Below, in pieces: positions 46,268 to 55,807 of a stretch of DNA of 64,000 bases. Source of the DNA: a phage. Below the pieces are notes generated by a model. It had not been told where the DNA came from. It worked only from the letters and a program-made list of their open reading frames with translations, and did not search any database. The position numbers and the translations under genes were made by a program. The stretch lies in assembly GCA_011939005.1 (NCBI GenBank), contig GCA_011939005.1_4858.1, one strand, 5' to 3'. The first letter of the stretch is position 1, and each line of letters begins with the position of its first letter.

Positions 46268-46827
46268 AAAGCTCCTTTAAAGTGGTATGTTAAGCTTTCT
46301 ACGAGATGGCAGGTTTGGCTTTCAAAGAAGTGTAAAATGGGCTCAATGGGCACACCGCCGAGATTATAGACGATTACGTCCTGCTTTAATCCGGCATCGA
46401 CTTCGCTAAGAAACGATTCGGTTGCGAGTTCACTCTCTGACGAGGAAAGGGTAATCGTTGTTTCCCCATCGTCGCTACTACCAGACGCATCCTGTAAACG
46501 CAAAACGGTCGGTACGGTTTTACTGATACGAATATCTGGCGGGAGTGTAACCTCCAGTAGCGGTGTACGGACTTTACGCGCAAGATAGTTGGTGAATAGA
46601 TTGGGATCAAGCTCACTGACGCCACAGCAAATGCAGTTCAGTAAGGTCGACAAGCTTGTCGTTTTGCGTTCAAATATCCCCTTGATCTGTTTGGCCTTAT
46701 CGCTATAAAGGAACACCAACAGCTGGTCGGGGTTATCCGGTAAATCACTTTCAACTCCTTCCCACTCCGGATCGTTGCGGATGTGCTCTTGCCAGATATC
46801 GTTTCGAATTTCTAGTAAACGGAACAT
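46264..46827 (-). CDS. hypothetical protein
   Basis: 187-aa ORF, ATG start. Confidence 0.55.
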   Translation of the reverse strand: MFRLLEIRNDIWQEHIRNDPEWEGVESDLPDNPDQLLVFLYSDKAKQIKGIFERKTTSLSTLLNCICCGVSELDPNLFTNYLARKVRTPLLEVTLPPDIRISKTVPTVLRLQDASGSSDDGETTITLSSSESELATESFLSEVDAGLKQDVIVYNLGGVPIEPILHFFESQTCHLVESLTYHFKGAL

Positions 46828-46836
46828 ACACTCACC

Positions 46837-47418
46837 TTACGCAATGTAAATACCACGGTGGTTACGGAAACCGTGTTCTTCGGTAAGGTAGCGCGCATAG
46901 GTGTGCTCGACGGATGGGGTGTAGCAAACCAGATGCAATTCCTGACCTTCAGCTAGGCCCGGTAACATGACGTTTAGCCAATCCATCCCGCCGTTCTGCT
47001 GTAACGTATCTTGCGACAGCGTTAGTGGCTGAACAATATGCGCTGGGTTACTGTCGTCTTCGCTTTTCGTAAAACGAAGAATAGCCGGACGGGAACCATC
47101 TACTAGTACCGTGCGTGGTAAGTCAAAAGCAACCACCTTCGCTTTCTGTTCGTAGGATGATTTATAACGACGTAACAGTCCAATATCGGTATCTAGTACG
47201 GTAGCCATCACGTTATACAACATCACTAGACGGGCGTCGTTATCGATGGTGACGTGTTTTACGAACACCATCATCGGAATACCTTCGCGTTGGAATACCA
47301 CGAAGTCTGCTTCTTTGTATTTCTCGCAACCTTCTACTACCCGTGGGGCTTTCACGCGATAGCGGCGGGTCAGTTCTTCGTAGTTCATTTCATGTTGTTC
47401 AATAATTGGTTGTGGCAT
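46837..47418 (-). CDS. hypothetical protein
   Basis: 193-aa ORF, ATG start. Confidence 0.55.
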   Translation of the reverse strand: MPQPIIEQHEMNYEELTRRYRVKAPRVVEGCEKYKEADFVVFQREGIPMMVFVKHVTIDNDARLVMLYNVMATVLDTDIGLLRRYKSSYEQKAKVVAFDLPRTVLVDGSRPAILRFTKSEDDSNPAHIVQPLTLSQDTLQQNGGMDWLNVMLPGLAEGQELHLVCYTPSVEHTYARYLTEEHGFRNHRGIYIA

Positions 47419-47438
47419 GGTTAAATACTCTTTACGGT

Positions 47439-47468
47439 TAAAAAATAAGAAGGGGGTACAAGACCCCC
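47439..47468 (-). terminator. rho-independent terminator
   Basis: Stem gggggt / accccc with loop acaag; A-run upstream on plus strand. Confidence 0.5.
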
Positions 47469-47478
47469 GATGGCGAGA

Positions 47479-48717
47479 TTACAGTAAACGCAAATCTGCG
47501 ACAAACAACAGTTGACGGCCGTACTTAGTCACTTCTTTCCAGCCATTGTTAACACCCCATTTGATGATAGCGTCGTAATGCCACTGTTTCAGTTCGTTGG
47601 TACCCCACGCATCCCGTACCGCCTTCGCCGACATCAAATAAGCAGGTTCGGCAACGGAGCGCATTTCAGAATCTGGCAGGCGAGAAACAACGGAACTGTT
47701 CACGCGCTGCAGTGTACCGGACACCTGTATCCAGAACGCAGGCGATATTGTATTTGTCGGTCGACAGTCAAATACCCAGGCCGTGTCATTTTCACTGGCC
47801 GGGGTCTTGCGTTTATAGATGCTTAACAGTATTTCTGACTGGATAACTTCGCGGAAAACAGCAAGAAGTGCGATGACTTTCTCATTAACCACCTCATCCT
47901 TTTCGACCTTATAGTAATCTTTAAGGTTTCCGGGCTCTGCTATCGGCATTACTGACCAAACATCGGCGTCTAACATCTCACCGAAATAATGGTTAGCGTT
48001 TTCATCAGATGTCCAGAACATCGTATTACCGTCATTGGCAGTGGTGGCTAGATCACGCAGTGCTTCCTTGGTGTCTTCGTCAATTTCCACAGGTTTGGCT
48101 GCTTCACGCGGTGCGTTTTTCGTGTAGAATCTGCGCTTGCTTACCGCTCTATTCCATACGGTAGTAATTTGGTACGCAGTGAATTCGGGGAACTGCTGCA
48201 CCAACACTTCCGCATCAACATCAAGCCGCTCTGAATTAAAGTTTTGTAATTTCTCATTAAACCCTGTATTCAGCTCTCCGCCAGTCCACCAGTTGCTGTC
48301 GCTTAGTGCAGGCATGTCAGGTGTTAACTCGAACACCGGTTTACCGGTCAGCAGAGTAAGAATGTAGTGCACCCACATTGTGTTACCCTCAGCAATGGCG
48401 CGTCCGATGTTTTGATTACCCGATAGGTAAGCTACACGCGAATCCCCTTCGAATGTCATGGTTAACTCAACCCACGGCGCTAAGTCAGAGACGTGGTGGC
48501 CTAAACGGCACTTTACTTCCCCTTTGTCAAGCAGCCGCTTTTCGACAACGGTTGAGAGCTTTTGTGGCAGGCACGCACAATCCTGCCACGTTACGTCGCT
48601 GTAAGCCATACTCCGAATATTGAACTGCATTCCCAACAGTACAATTGTGTTAGTAATTACTGCATTAAAGAATGCTTCTTTCGGTGTCTGGTAAACTAAT
48701 TCGTATTCGTTATACAT
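47479..48717 (-). CDS. hypothetical protein
   Basis: Track start 48753 is TTG without RBS; ATG at 48717 has RBS aaggaaa; about 412 aa. Confidence 0.55.
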   Translation of the reverse strand: MYNEYELVYQTPKEAFFNAVITNTIVLLGMQFNIRSMAYSDVTWQDCACLPQKLSTVVEKRLLDKGEVKCRLGHHVSDLAPWVELTMTFEGDSRVAYLSGNQNIGRAIAEGNTMWVHYILTLLTGKPVFELTPDMPALSDSNWWTGGELNTGFNEKLQNFNSERLDVDAEVLVQQFPEFTAYQITTVWNRAVSKRRFYTKNAPREAAKPVEIDEDTKEALRDLATTANDGNTMFWTSDENANHYFGEMLDADVWSVMPIAEPGNLKDYYKVEKDEVVNEKVIALLAVFREVIQSEILLSIYKRKTPASENDTAWVFDCRPTNTISPAFWIQVSGTLQRVNSSVVSRLPDSEMRSVAEPAYLMSAKAVRDAWGTNELKQWHYDAIIKWGVNNGWKEVTKYGRQLLFVADLRLL

Positions 48718-48838
48718 TTGGTATTTCCTTTTAAAGTACACTAAAGTGACCAAAAAATGTTACTAAAGAACAGTTGGTGTTTAAGCGACTGTGGGTTTAT
48801 ACACAATGCTCACTAAGATGACATCTATCTGTAAAAAC

Positions 48839-49156
48839 TTAGTATACGACCAGTACGATGCAGTCATCGATAGCCAGATTCAGTAATGAGTAGTCGTTAC
48901 TTAACCGCTGGTAACGCATCCCTTTTTCAAACCGACTTAGTTGTTCAGTCGGCATGACGTATACCGCGCTTTGCACTACTCCCGTAAACAGTTCGTCGTA
49001 GAACTGGTCTACTTCCCCGACTTTGTAAAAGCGCATTCTTTGATTGTTAGCAAAGACGCTATCTAGCTTCCCGTTACTGGCTTTCTGTAACGCAGTAAAG
49101 GCACTGTCTGCATCATTACGCTCTAATGCACTTTTAATGGTTTGAAATAAAGACAT
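48839..49156 (-). CDS. hypothetical protein
   Basis: 105-aa ORF, ATG start. Confidence 0.45.
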   Translation of the reverse strand: MSLFQTIKSALERNDADSAFTALQKASNGKLDSVFANNQRMRFYKVGEVDQFYDELFTGVVQSAVYVMPTEQLSRFEKGMRYQRLSNDYSLLNLAIDDCIVLVVY

Positions 49157-49340
49157 GGTACTGCACTCCTCGTTAGGTTAAAAGTCAAGGTCAACTACAA
49201 AACAAAAGGATGTCGGTATCCTACGGATACCTCCGTTTATGTTCGCATCCAATACATAAACCCCCTTACCCCCGTACTCTCCTCGATTGTCAAACGATGA
49301 GATCGAAACGTAAAAAAGTGTAGTATGAGAGGAGGGTGGT

Positions 49341-50273
49341 ATGAACAAATCTAAGTCAGGGTTGCACATCTTCTCGATAGGTATCGTCGCGGAAGATAAA
49401 CCTCGTGGTGCCACTCGAGTTAAAGTCATCCCTATCGAAGTTAACTTTATTAATCCAACAGCTGTCGATGCAACAGAGACGCCTGTAGAGAAGCAACACA
49501 ACAGTTTAAGTGGTACTGACAACCTTACTGTAAAGCAAGGTAATGCCATCACTGCAAAATGGATGAAGTCCAACAGCAACCGGGTTAACCCTCCGGATGT
49601 GAAAAAAGAAGACTACGTAAGAATCTGGCGTATCGGTGAAACCGATATGTACTTCTGGGAAGATTTAAACAACAGTAACGTTAAGCGACTGGAAGATGGG
49701 GTATACGCCTGGTCTGCTGACCCAGTAAACCAGATGGCCGATGACCTCTCTAACGCCTACGTACTGAATATCTCCCCGATGGATGGTCACGTTACTTTAC
49801 GTACCAGTATGACTAACGGCGAGAAAAATGCGTATTTGCTCCAGCTGAATACCCGTGACGGGTTTTGCCAGTTAGTGGATGACGAAGGGCGTAAGTTCTA
49901 CCTCAACTCTCCAGAGGATGACTTAGGGTTTGAAAACGCCTGCCGGTCGAAGATTAATATCAATAAAGAGGACGCTTTCATTTATGCTAAACGTTCTATT
50001 AATCTCGAGACAAAGACGATTAACGAGAAGTGCGAAACTCGCAACTCTACAGCGTCGAAAAACATGGCATGGAAGACTGAAGACTGGAAGACCACATGCC
50101 CAACGAATCTATTTACCGGTAACCTGGAAGTAGGTAAAGATTTCCTCTATAACGGCAAAGGTGAAGGTAAGGGCACATTCACAGTTACCGAATCGGTTAT
50201 CGGCGGCATCACCTTTACTCTTCACGTACATACTGGCCATGGTCCGGGCAACGACACCAGTACACCACACTAA
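49341..50273 (+). CDS. hypothetical protein (plus-strand island)
   Basis: 310-aa ORF, ATG with RBS gagaggaggg; preceded by a 184-bp intergenic region. Confidence 0.55.
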   Translation: MNKSKSGLHIFSIGIVAEDKPRGATRVKVIPIEVNFINPTAVDATETPVEKQHNSLSGTDNLTVKQGNAITAKWMKSNSNRVNPPDVKKEDYVRIWRIGETDMYFWEDLNNSNVKRLEDGVYAWSADPVNQMADDLSNAYVLNISPMDGHVTLRTSMTNGEKNAYLLQLNTRDGFCQLVDDEGRKFYLNSPEDDLGFENACRSKININKEDAFIYAKRSINLETKTINEKCETRNSTASKNMAWKTEDWKTTCPTNLFTGNLEVGKDFLYNGKGEGKGTFTVTESVIGGITFTLHVHTGHGPGNDTSTPH

Positions 50274-50480
50274 GTTATTTACGTGTGTGGGGTATAATGT
50301 GACAATAAACCCCTAACTGTAACGATAACCCGAATCGCTTGTGCACAGTTAGCCACTTTTTTCGCACAAAAGCCGGTTTATTGTCAACTAATTTACGAGT
50401 CGGGGCAGTTAATATGCCTTGAAGTACAAGTAGTTGAACATAGGGTTCTTCTGCTATCATTTGTTAATGGAGATAAGTAA

Positions 50481-50690
50481 ATGAGCATTCGTGAAATCAC
50501 CGCAGGCAGCGACGTTTCTGGTCTGGTAGAAGCAGGCACCGTTCAGGTTTCTGGACTGAGCACCGTTACCGAAGTTACCGAAGCGCTGGCTAAGAAAGCC
50601 GAAGCTGAAGGCGGCGTAGCATTTAAAGTTACCGCTTGCGGCGGCAACAACAAAATGTTCGGCAACGCCATCTATTACGTAAACGCGTAA
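50481..50690 (+). CDS. DUF1471 (YdgH/BhsA/YjfY)-like small protein without signal peptide
   Basis: 69 aa; VSGLSTVTEVTEALAKKAEAEGGVAFKVTACGGNNKMFGNAIYY fits the enterobacterial DUF1471 pattern; an in-frame stop lies immediately upstream of the ATG; RBS ggagataag. Confidence 0.6.
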   Translation: MSIREITAGSDVSGLVEAGTVQVSGLSTVTEVTEALAKKAEAEGGVAFKVTACGGNNKMFGNAIYYVNA

Positions 50691-50703
50691 TCGGCCTGCA
50701 GGC

Positions 50704-50762
50704 AAAAAAAGATATAGGTACCCTACTCCCGTTGGGAGTAGGGTTTACCTTTTATTTTTTTC
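50704..50762. terminator. bidirectional rho-independent terminator
   Basis: Stem accctactccc / gggagtagggt (50720-50744) flanked by A-run and ttaccttttatttttttcg. Confidence 0.7.
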
Positions 50763-52014
50763 GTGCTTTGTAGCGATGCATTTCAACAAATGGCTTACCC
50801 CAAGCCCCGAAAGGCCCGACGATTGCCTGCGCGTCGTTTACCAAATTCTGGTTATACCAACGCGCGTTCCCCAACAAAAAGTTTTCCCGGTCGAAGAATG
50901 TGGTATTAAAGACCCACTCCCCTTCTTCCCAGGTCGGCCAGTACCCTACACATTTACCAATACGGTTAAAGATAGGACCTAGCGTCTTCTTCCCATCTGG
51001 GTCAGTCGGGTCTTTTAAATAGAACCGGCCCCAGATAGCGTTGTGGCTTATTCCGTGAATCTCTTTTTCGAGATACGGGTTGTCTATCGTAAAGATAAAC
51101 GAGGATTCGTGCGTCAGCAACGCTTTTAACGTTTCTGAGTTACGAATACGTTGAACGGACGTAGGCGTACTTAAATCACCTACACCGATGGCGTCCCAAT
51201 CGTAATAGCGACGGGTTTCCAATACAATCTTCGCCACGCTAAGGTTTGGCAGACTCAGCATAATCGCACGGTCGCTGAAATAGCCCTGCGGTGGCAACCA
51301 ATGCAGAATACCCCCGATGACGAACCCAACGGTTTTCCCTGTAATGGAATCGGGTAAGGTCAACATTAACGAAGAATAGTAATCTCGCGTAGTATCGAGT
51401 TTGTTCATCGTTAAACCGGATATGGGGTAAGTCTTCACTTTACCAATATTCGCCATCACTAGACAGCCGATGTCGGGTGTGTTGGCTCTCCGCACGATGT
51501 TACCAGCACCGGTTAAGCGAACGCCCACAGGGTCAGATTGGTGCGGTACCCACTGACCGTTGATGTTGTACAGTACCCCGGTACGGTATTTTTCTTTCCA
51601 CTCATCGTCGCAGACTACAACAACGTCGTGCGCATCATCAGGGTTGAAGTCCTGAGTGTAATGGTACCCAGGAGGGCACAGGTGCGTTTCTACGGGCACA
51701 TCTGCATTAATAGACTGGTAATGTGCCTCAGCGAATTCTAACTTCGGTAGGCCTTTCCCAAGCGTTGGAATTGCGATTCCTGACTTGGTGTTTAACCAAT
51801 CTTGCAACGTGTCCGTACGGTTTTGTAAATCAGCCAGGTGATACTGGCTATAGAAGGTATATTCGGCACCTAGTGCTTCTAGTCCTACTTCGAAAAAGTG
51901 GTAGTTAGCACAAAGGGTATTTAAGGGCTGCGTGACATCGATGGTTCCCCAAGTTCGGGTGTCTCGAGAGAAGCCAAAAGCGCTGTCGGCCCGCACTTGA
52001 TAAGCAGTAGTCAC
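50752..52014 (-). CDS. hypothetical protein, divergent from tail-fibre operon
   Basis: 420-aa ORF with GTG start at 52014 and RBS gagga; no motif recognised. Confidence 0.55.
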   Translation of the reverse strand: MTTAYQVRADSAFGFSRDTRTWGTIDVTQPLNTLCANYHFFEVGLEALGAEYTFYSQYHLADLQNRTDTLQDWLNTKSGIAIPTLGKGLPKLEFAEAHYQSINADVPVETHLCPPGYHYTQDFNPDDAHDVVVVCDDEWKEKYRTGVLYNINGQWVPHQSDPVGVRLTGAGNIVRRANTPDIGCLVMANIGKVKTYPISGLTMNKLDTTRDYYSSLMLTLPDSITGKTVGFVIGGILHWLPPQGYFSDRAIMLSLPNLSVAKIVLETRRYYDWDAIGVGDLSTPTSVQRIRNSETLKALLTHESSFIFTIDNPYLEKEIHGISHNAIWGRFYLKDPTDPDGKKTLGPIFNRIGKCVGYWPTWEEGEWVFNTTFFDRENFLLGNARWYNQNLVNDAQAIVGPFGAWGKPFVEMHRYKARKK

Positions 52015-52081
52015 TGGCTGTTTCCTCTAAGGATTCGGGTCATAGTATGAACTCGACGCCCTCAGAGAAAAGGAGTGTAAA
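52015..52081. promoter_or_regulatory. divergent promoter region of the tail-fibre operon
   Basis: 67-bp gap between divergently oriented genes; contains TAGTATGA, also present upstream of the plus-strand gene at 49341. Confidence 0.35.
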
Positions 52082-55000
52082 ATGGCTGTCGTCCCTGACC
52101 CGCACTATCAAGAACCGGGGAATATGCAGACCGGTGAAGCGGTAACGCCGATCGGTACTAAGTACCGGATGCTGTTCCCCGCACACGCCCCCTTTTATAC
52201 CACATCCCTGGTGGTCAAGAGTGGCGGCAAGAAATTAACATTAGGTGATGATTACGTCATCACCCATGCGTACGTTACGGGCATGGCACGCACTGGCCAT
52301 GTTTGTCACGGCGGCGTGTGGATTACCAACCCGAAATATCAGAGTGGCTTTACACTCGATTACCACGCAATTGGCATCGGTGAAGCCACTGCAGAAATGA
52401 TCGCCGCAGAACGAGAAGCGAATAAAGATCGCTATCCCGTGGACTGCCAATGGGATAACGTCATTGGGGATTTATATTTCCCACCGGTCGATATTAAGTT
52501 CGATTGGGAAAACTGGCGTGGCGAATCTGAGTTGATGGAAGCCATTGTTGCGGTTGGTGCTAAGCTCGGTGAAGCGATCAGTCGCGTTGACCCGATTGCT
52601 CGTAACACGTTAGACCTTCAATATCGCGCCGGCGTCACGCTTATCACGTCCGAGCAGTATGCGACGTACGACGGTACTGGCGGCTACACGTATAACGCGT
52701 CACGTCGTCGTTATTCGTTATCTTACCAGAACACGACATTCGATGCGTATTCGTTAGCGGTAAAATACCGTTTACCGAGCATTCCACCGGAAACAACGTT
52801 GAACCCAGGCGAGTTGATCGATTGGATGCTCTGTTACGCAAACGGTGGGACAAGTATCCTGCGTCTTCAGTTGAAGCAACGCGCGATTTATCTTACCTTA
52901 ACGACAGCGATTGGTTCCGGTTCGTCCAATTACAGCTATACGTTGACGACTGGCCTGACTGATACCGAGTTGGCGGGTGAGGTTGAGTTTAGCGTGGTCA
53001 GACGCGAAGGTAACGGCGTTTACGACATCACCGTTAAAACAAGCAAGCAAACCGTTAACTACAGCTTTAACGTTGACAACCCACCGAGCGAATTTGCACC
53101 AGGGTATCAGAAAACTGATGTCGCAAAATGGTTGAAGTTTAAATCGGGCGTCAACCTAAACTGGTGGGCAGGTGAGAACGATTACGTCCAGATTCGTTCA
53201 TTACCAGGCGCACCGGCACCTGACGTTAACAATGACGTGTACCAGCTGCTGGTAAAATATCACCAGATTGTCGATAAACTGTACCGTGATGCACCGGCAC
53301 ACACACACGTGCCGCGCAAGGATAACCCGCATCGCGATTCGTGGGGCGCAATCCGTGCTTTGGAGAATAACGGTATTGCTTCGGACGCGACACTGGTATA
53401 CGGAAAAACGCAACCGCAGCTGACAGATTACGTTAACAATCTGTTGCCGAAACTGTCAACGCTGGCGAATAAGCTTTTACGTTTACCGGCGGCTGCACAG
53501 TCTATCATCGGCACGTTCGGCATGAAGCCTGGCCTGACTTCAATAACGTCAGCAGTGGGTACCGATGAGTCTGAAGGCGTGGGTGCACAATTCACGGTTG
53601 ACCCGAGGGTTATCCGTTTTATTGGCCGCGATTCGCAAACCGTTAACGCCGGGAACAATCCGATTACATGGCAAGGTGGGGCTAACCAACTCATCCTTTA
53701 TCCGGATTCCCGTGGATTGGAGTTCAACGGTAAGAAACTGTTGGACCCTACTACGGTCGGGCCGTACCTGCCGGGTAACGAATCAGGTGGTGATGGACTG
53801 TTTTACGGAACATCCACAGCTACTGTAACCATTAACGGTAACGGTATTCAGTCTGTTCCGTTCATTTGTACCTTTGTTCCACCGGAGTCCGATGACCTTG
53901 GCCTGATGGCTGTCCGTTTGTTGGCTACTGAATTCGGCGATCGTGAGGACTTGGCCGCAACGCCGGCACTCATCAAGAAATTGGATCAGCAGTTTACGGG
54001 CAAGTTGGTTGCCGTTAAATCGTACATCAACGACATGCCACTGACGAGTTCTATTTACATCGATAAAACTAACTTCGGCTTATCGAACGTACAGAACATC
54101 CCAGATGTACAATTGCCGATTTCCCCGCTCCAACAAGCTGAGCTGGACAAGTATGCAGTCGTCGGTCACAAACACACTTCTGCCGCGTTCGGGATTAAGC
54201 GTGCAACAACGACGGAGTTCGGTTTAGTACAGTTCGGCACCGCGGTTGACGATGCCACTCTGGCATTAGACGGTGGTGAGGTCATCCGACAGGCGGACGC
54301 CATCACAGAGATAGAGAAGGTTGCGAAGACAGTCGACTCTGGTGCTTCAATCAACATTATTCGTTACGGTTTACCCGGCACGGATATCATTGAAAACGGC
54401 ATCACTTACACCGACTGGATGGTTACTATTAAAGCGAACGATTATTTCGTTGGTCGCGAGTACAAAGTACCTCTCTCCACATTTAACTTGGCGGAGCTAT
54501 TCCCAGCGACGCACGAAGATGCTGAGTTTGGCGTGTATGTTGACGCGGCGGGCGATGACGGCAAGTACATTATCTACGAAAATCCAAACACGGCAGAAAC
54601 TGAGACGATGACCAAAATAGGTTCCATCATCACCAGTGAAACCGGTGTGGTTTTTGTAGAAATCCGCAACGTGACGCGTTTAGGTGAGTTCCGTGAATTA
54701 GGCGAGCATATCGAGGATGATAACGCCCATATTCGTCGGGGCATGACGCAAGCTGAATTCGGATTTACTTACGGTACGGGCGGGCCTGTGTGGTCCACGG
54801 GCGCACCGGGTACAAAACGTATAGATGCTGATTGGCGTTACGCGCAGGCTAGCGGCTATACGCCTATGTTGAAAGCGGACTACGATCCGGCTGCTGATAA
54901 ATGGACGTTTAAAACAACCAGTTTATCTGTAACCGATTATCGTTTTGTCCACAACACGTTCCCGATGTTCCAGAATAACGGCATTACCGCAACGTGGACA

Positions 55001-55795
55001 CCTTTAACCGCAACAGCGGACAGTGTGCTAGAAACGGTAATTGGGTGTTGTCATCACTCGGCCACGTTCATGCACCGTATTTCTGTACTCGTCGCACGCA
55101 CCGCAGGACGTATTACCACTCCAGGCGGTGTGAGCACGTATGCGGGAATCGCGGTTAACTACGGACGTGCTGCGCAGGTTGTTATTGGCTTGAACGGCGT
55201 TACTGGTTCCGGCCATGACTGGACGGCACTTAATCCATCGGTGCGTTTCAGCCACGCGCGAACAGCGGACGGTATTTCGTTCGTGGGAACGATTAACATC
55301 GATTCCAAAACGATTAACTTTGAGCTGACGCTAACCGCGACAACAAAGACGCTGAAATACACCTTGCAGTCGACCGGCGAGTCGTGGACTGAGGATTTGT
55401 CTACCCGTCTCCGTCCTGACTATATCGACTTGACGAAACTGATTACCGATCCGAGTACGCCGATTTATCACGGCGTGGGTGGTTTGTTTAGTTCCGACAC
55501 AGAAGCGCGTTTGACCTACGCTAACCTGAACACGATGCCGACAAAGAATCGTTATTACGCCACGTTCCTTGACTATGCGATTAACTATTCCGGCTTAAAC
55601 CGCGCAAGATTCTTTACTGGCGTGGTGGATGCAGGTTCAACGATTAATGAGATGAACAGCGCGATGAGCAACTATTCATACAGTTCGTTCCGACCAGTGG
55701 ATACAGGTAAAATTCCACTGGTGGCACACCCATCCAAGATGATGACGTTCAATCCGAAAAACACGTCAGCTCGAACACTTATTATTCGTGATTAA
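52082..55795 (+). CDS. long tail-fibre protein (1237 aa)
   Basis: ATG with RBS aaggag; fibre-repeat motif HTSAAFGIKRATTTEFGLVQFGTA of the T4 gp34/gp37 type; Thr/Gly/Asn-rich beta-type composition. Confidence 0.75.
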   Translation: MAVVPDPHYQEPGNMQTGEAVTPIGTKYRMLFPAHAPFYTTSLVVKSGGKKLTLGDDYVITHAYVTGMARTGHVCHGGVWITNPKYQSGFTLDYHAIGIGEATAEMIAAEREANKDRYPVDCQWDNVIGDLYFPPVDIKFDWENWRGESELMEAIVAVGAKLGEAISRVDPIARNTLDLQYRAGVTLITSEQYATYDGTGGYTYNASRRRYSLSYQNTTFDAYSLAVKYRLPSIPPETTLNPGELIDWMLCYANGGTSILRLQLKQRAIYLTLTTAIGSGSSNYSYTLTTGLTDTELAGEVEFSVVRREGNGVYDITVKTSKQTVNYSFNVDNPPSEFAPGYQKTDVAKWLKFKSGVNLNWWAGENDYVQIRSLPGAPAPDVNNDVYQLLVKYHQIVDKLYRDAPAHTHVPRKDNPHRDSWGAIRALENNGIASDATLVYGKTQPQLTDYVNNLLPKLSTLANKLLRLPAAAQSIIGTFGMKPGLTSITSAVGTDESEGVGAQFTVDPRVIRFIGRDSQTVNAGNNPITWQGGANQLILYPDSRGLEFNGKKLLDPTTVGPYLPGNESGGDGLFYGTSTATVTINGNGIQSVPFICTFVPPESDDLGLMAVRLLATEFGDREDLAATPALIKKLDQQFTGKLVAVKSYINDMPLTSSIYIDKTNFGLSNVQNIPDVQLPISPLQQAELDKYAVVGHKHTSAAFGIKRATTTEFGLVQFGTAVDDATLALDGGEVIRQADAITEIEKVAKTVDSGASINIIRYGLPGTDIIENGITYTDWMVTIKANDYFVGREYKVPLSTFNLAELFPATHEDAEFGVYVDAAGDDGKYIIYENPNTAETETMTKIGSIITSETGVVFVEIRNVTRLGEFRELGEHIEDDNAHIRRGMTQAEFGFTYGTGGPVWSTGAPGTKRIDADWRYAQASGYTPMLKADYDPAADKWTFKTTSLSVTDYRFVHNTFPMFQNNGITATWTPLTATADSVLETVIGCCHHSATFMHRISVLVARTAGRITTPGGVSTYAGIAVNYGRAAQVVIGLNGVTGSGHDWTALNPSVRFSHARTADGISFVGTINIDSKTINFELTLTATTKTLKYTLQSTGESWTEDLSTRLRPDYIDLTKLITDPSTPIYHGVGGLFSSDTEARLTYANLNTMPTKNRYYATFLDYAINYSGLNRARFFTGVVDAGSTINEMNSAMSNYSYSSFRPVDTGKIPLVAHPSKMMTFNPKNTSARTLIIRD

Positions 55796-55807
55796 GGAGA
55801 TTTTTGA

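Noticed and set aside
49178-49579. 133-aa minus-strand ORF overlapping the start of the plus-strand gene at 49341
   Set aside because: Overlaps a better-supported gene with RBS and spans a hairpin-containing intergenic region; Cys/Ser-rich low-complexity translation.
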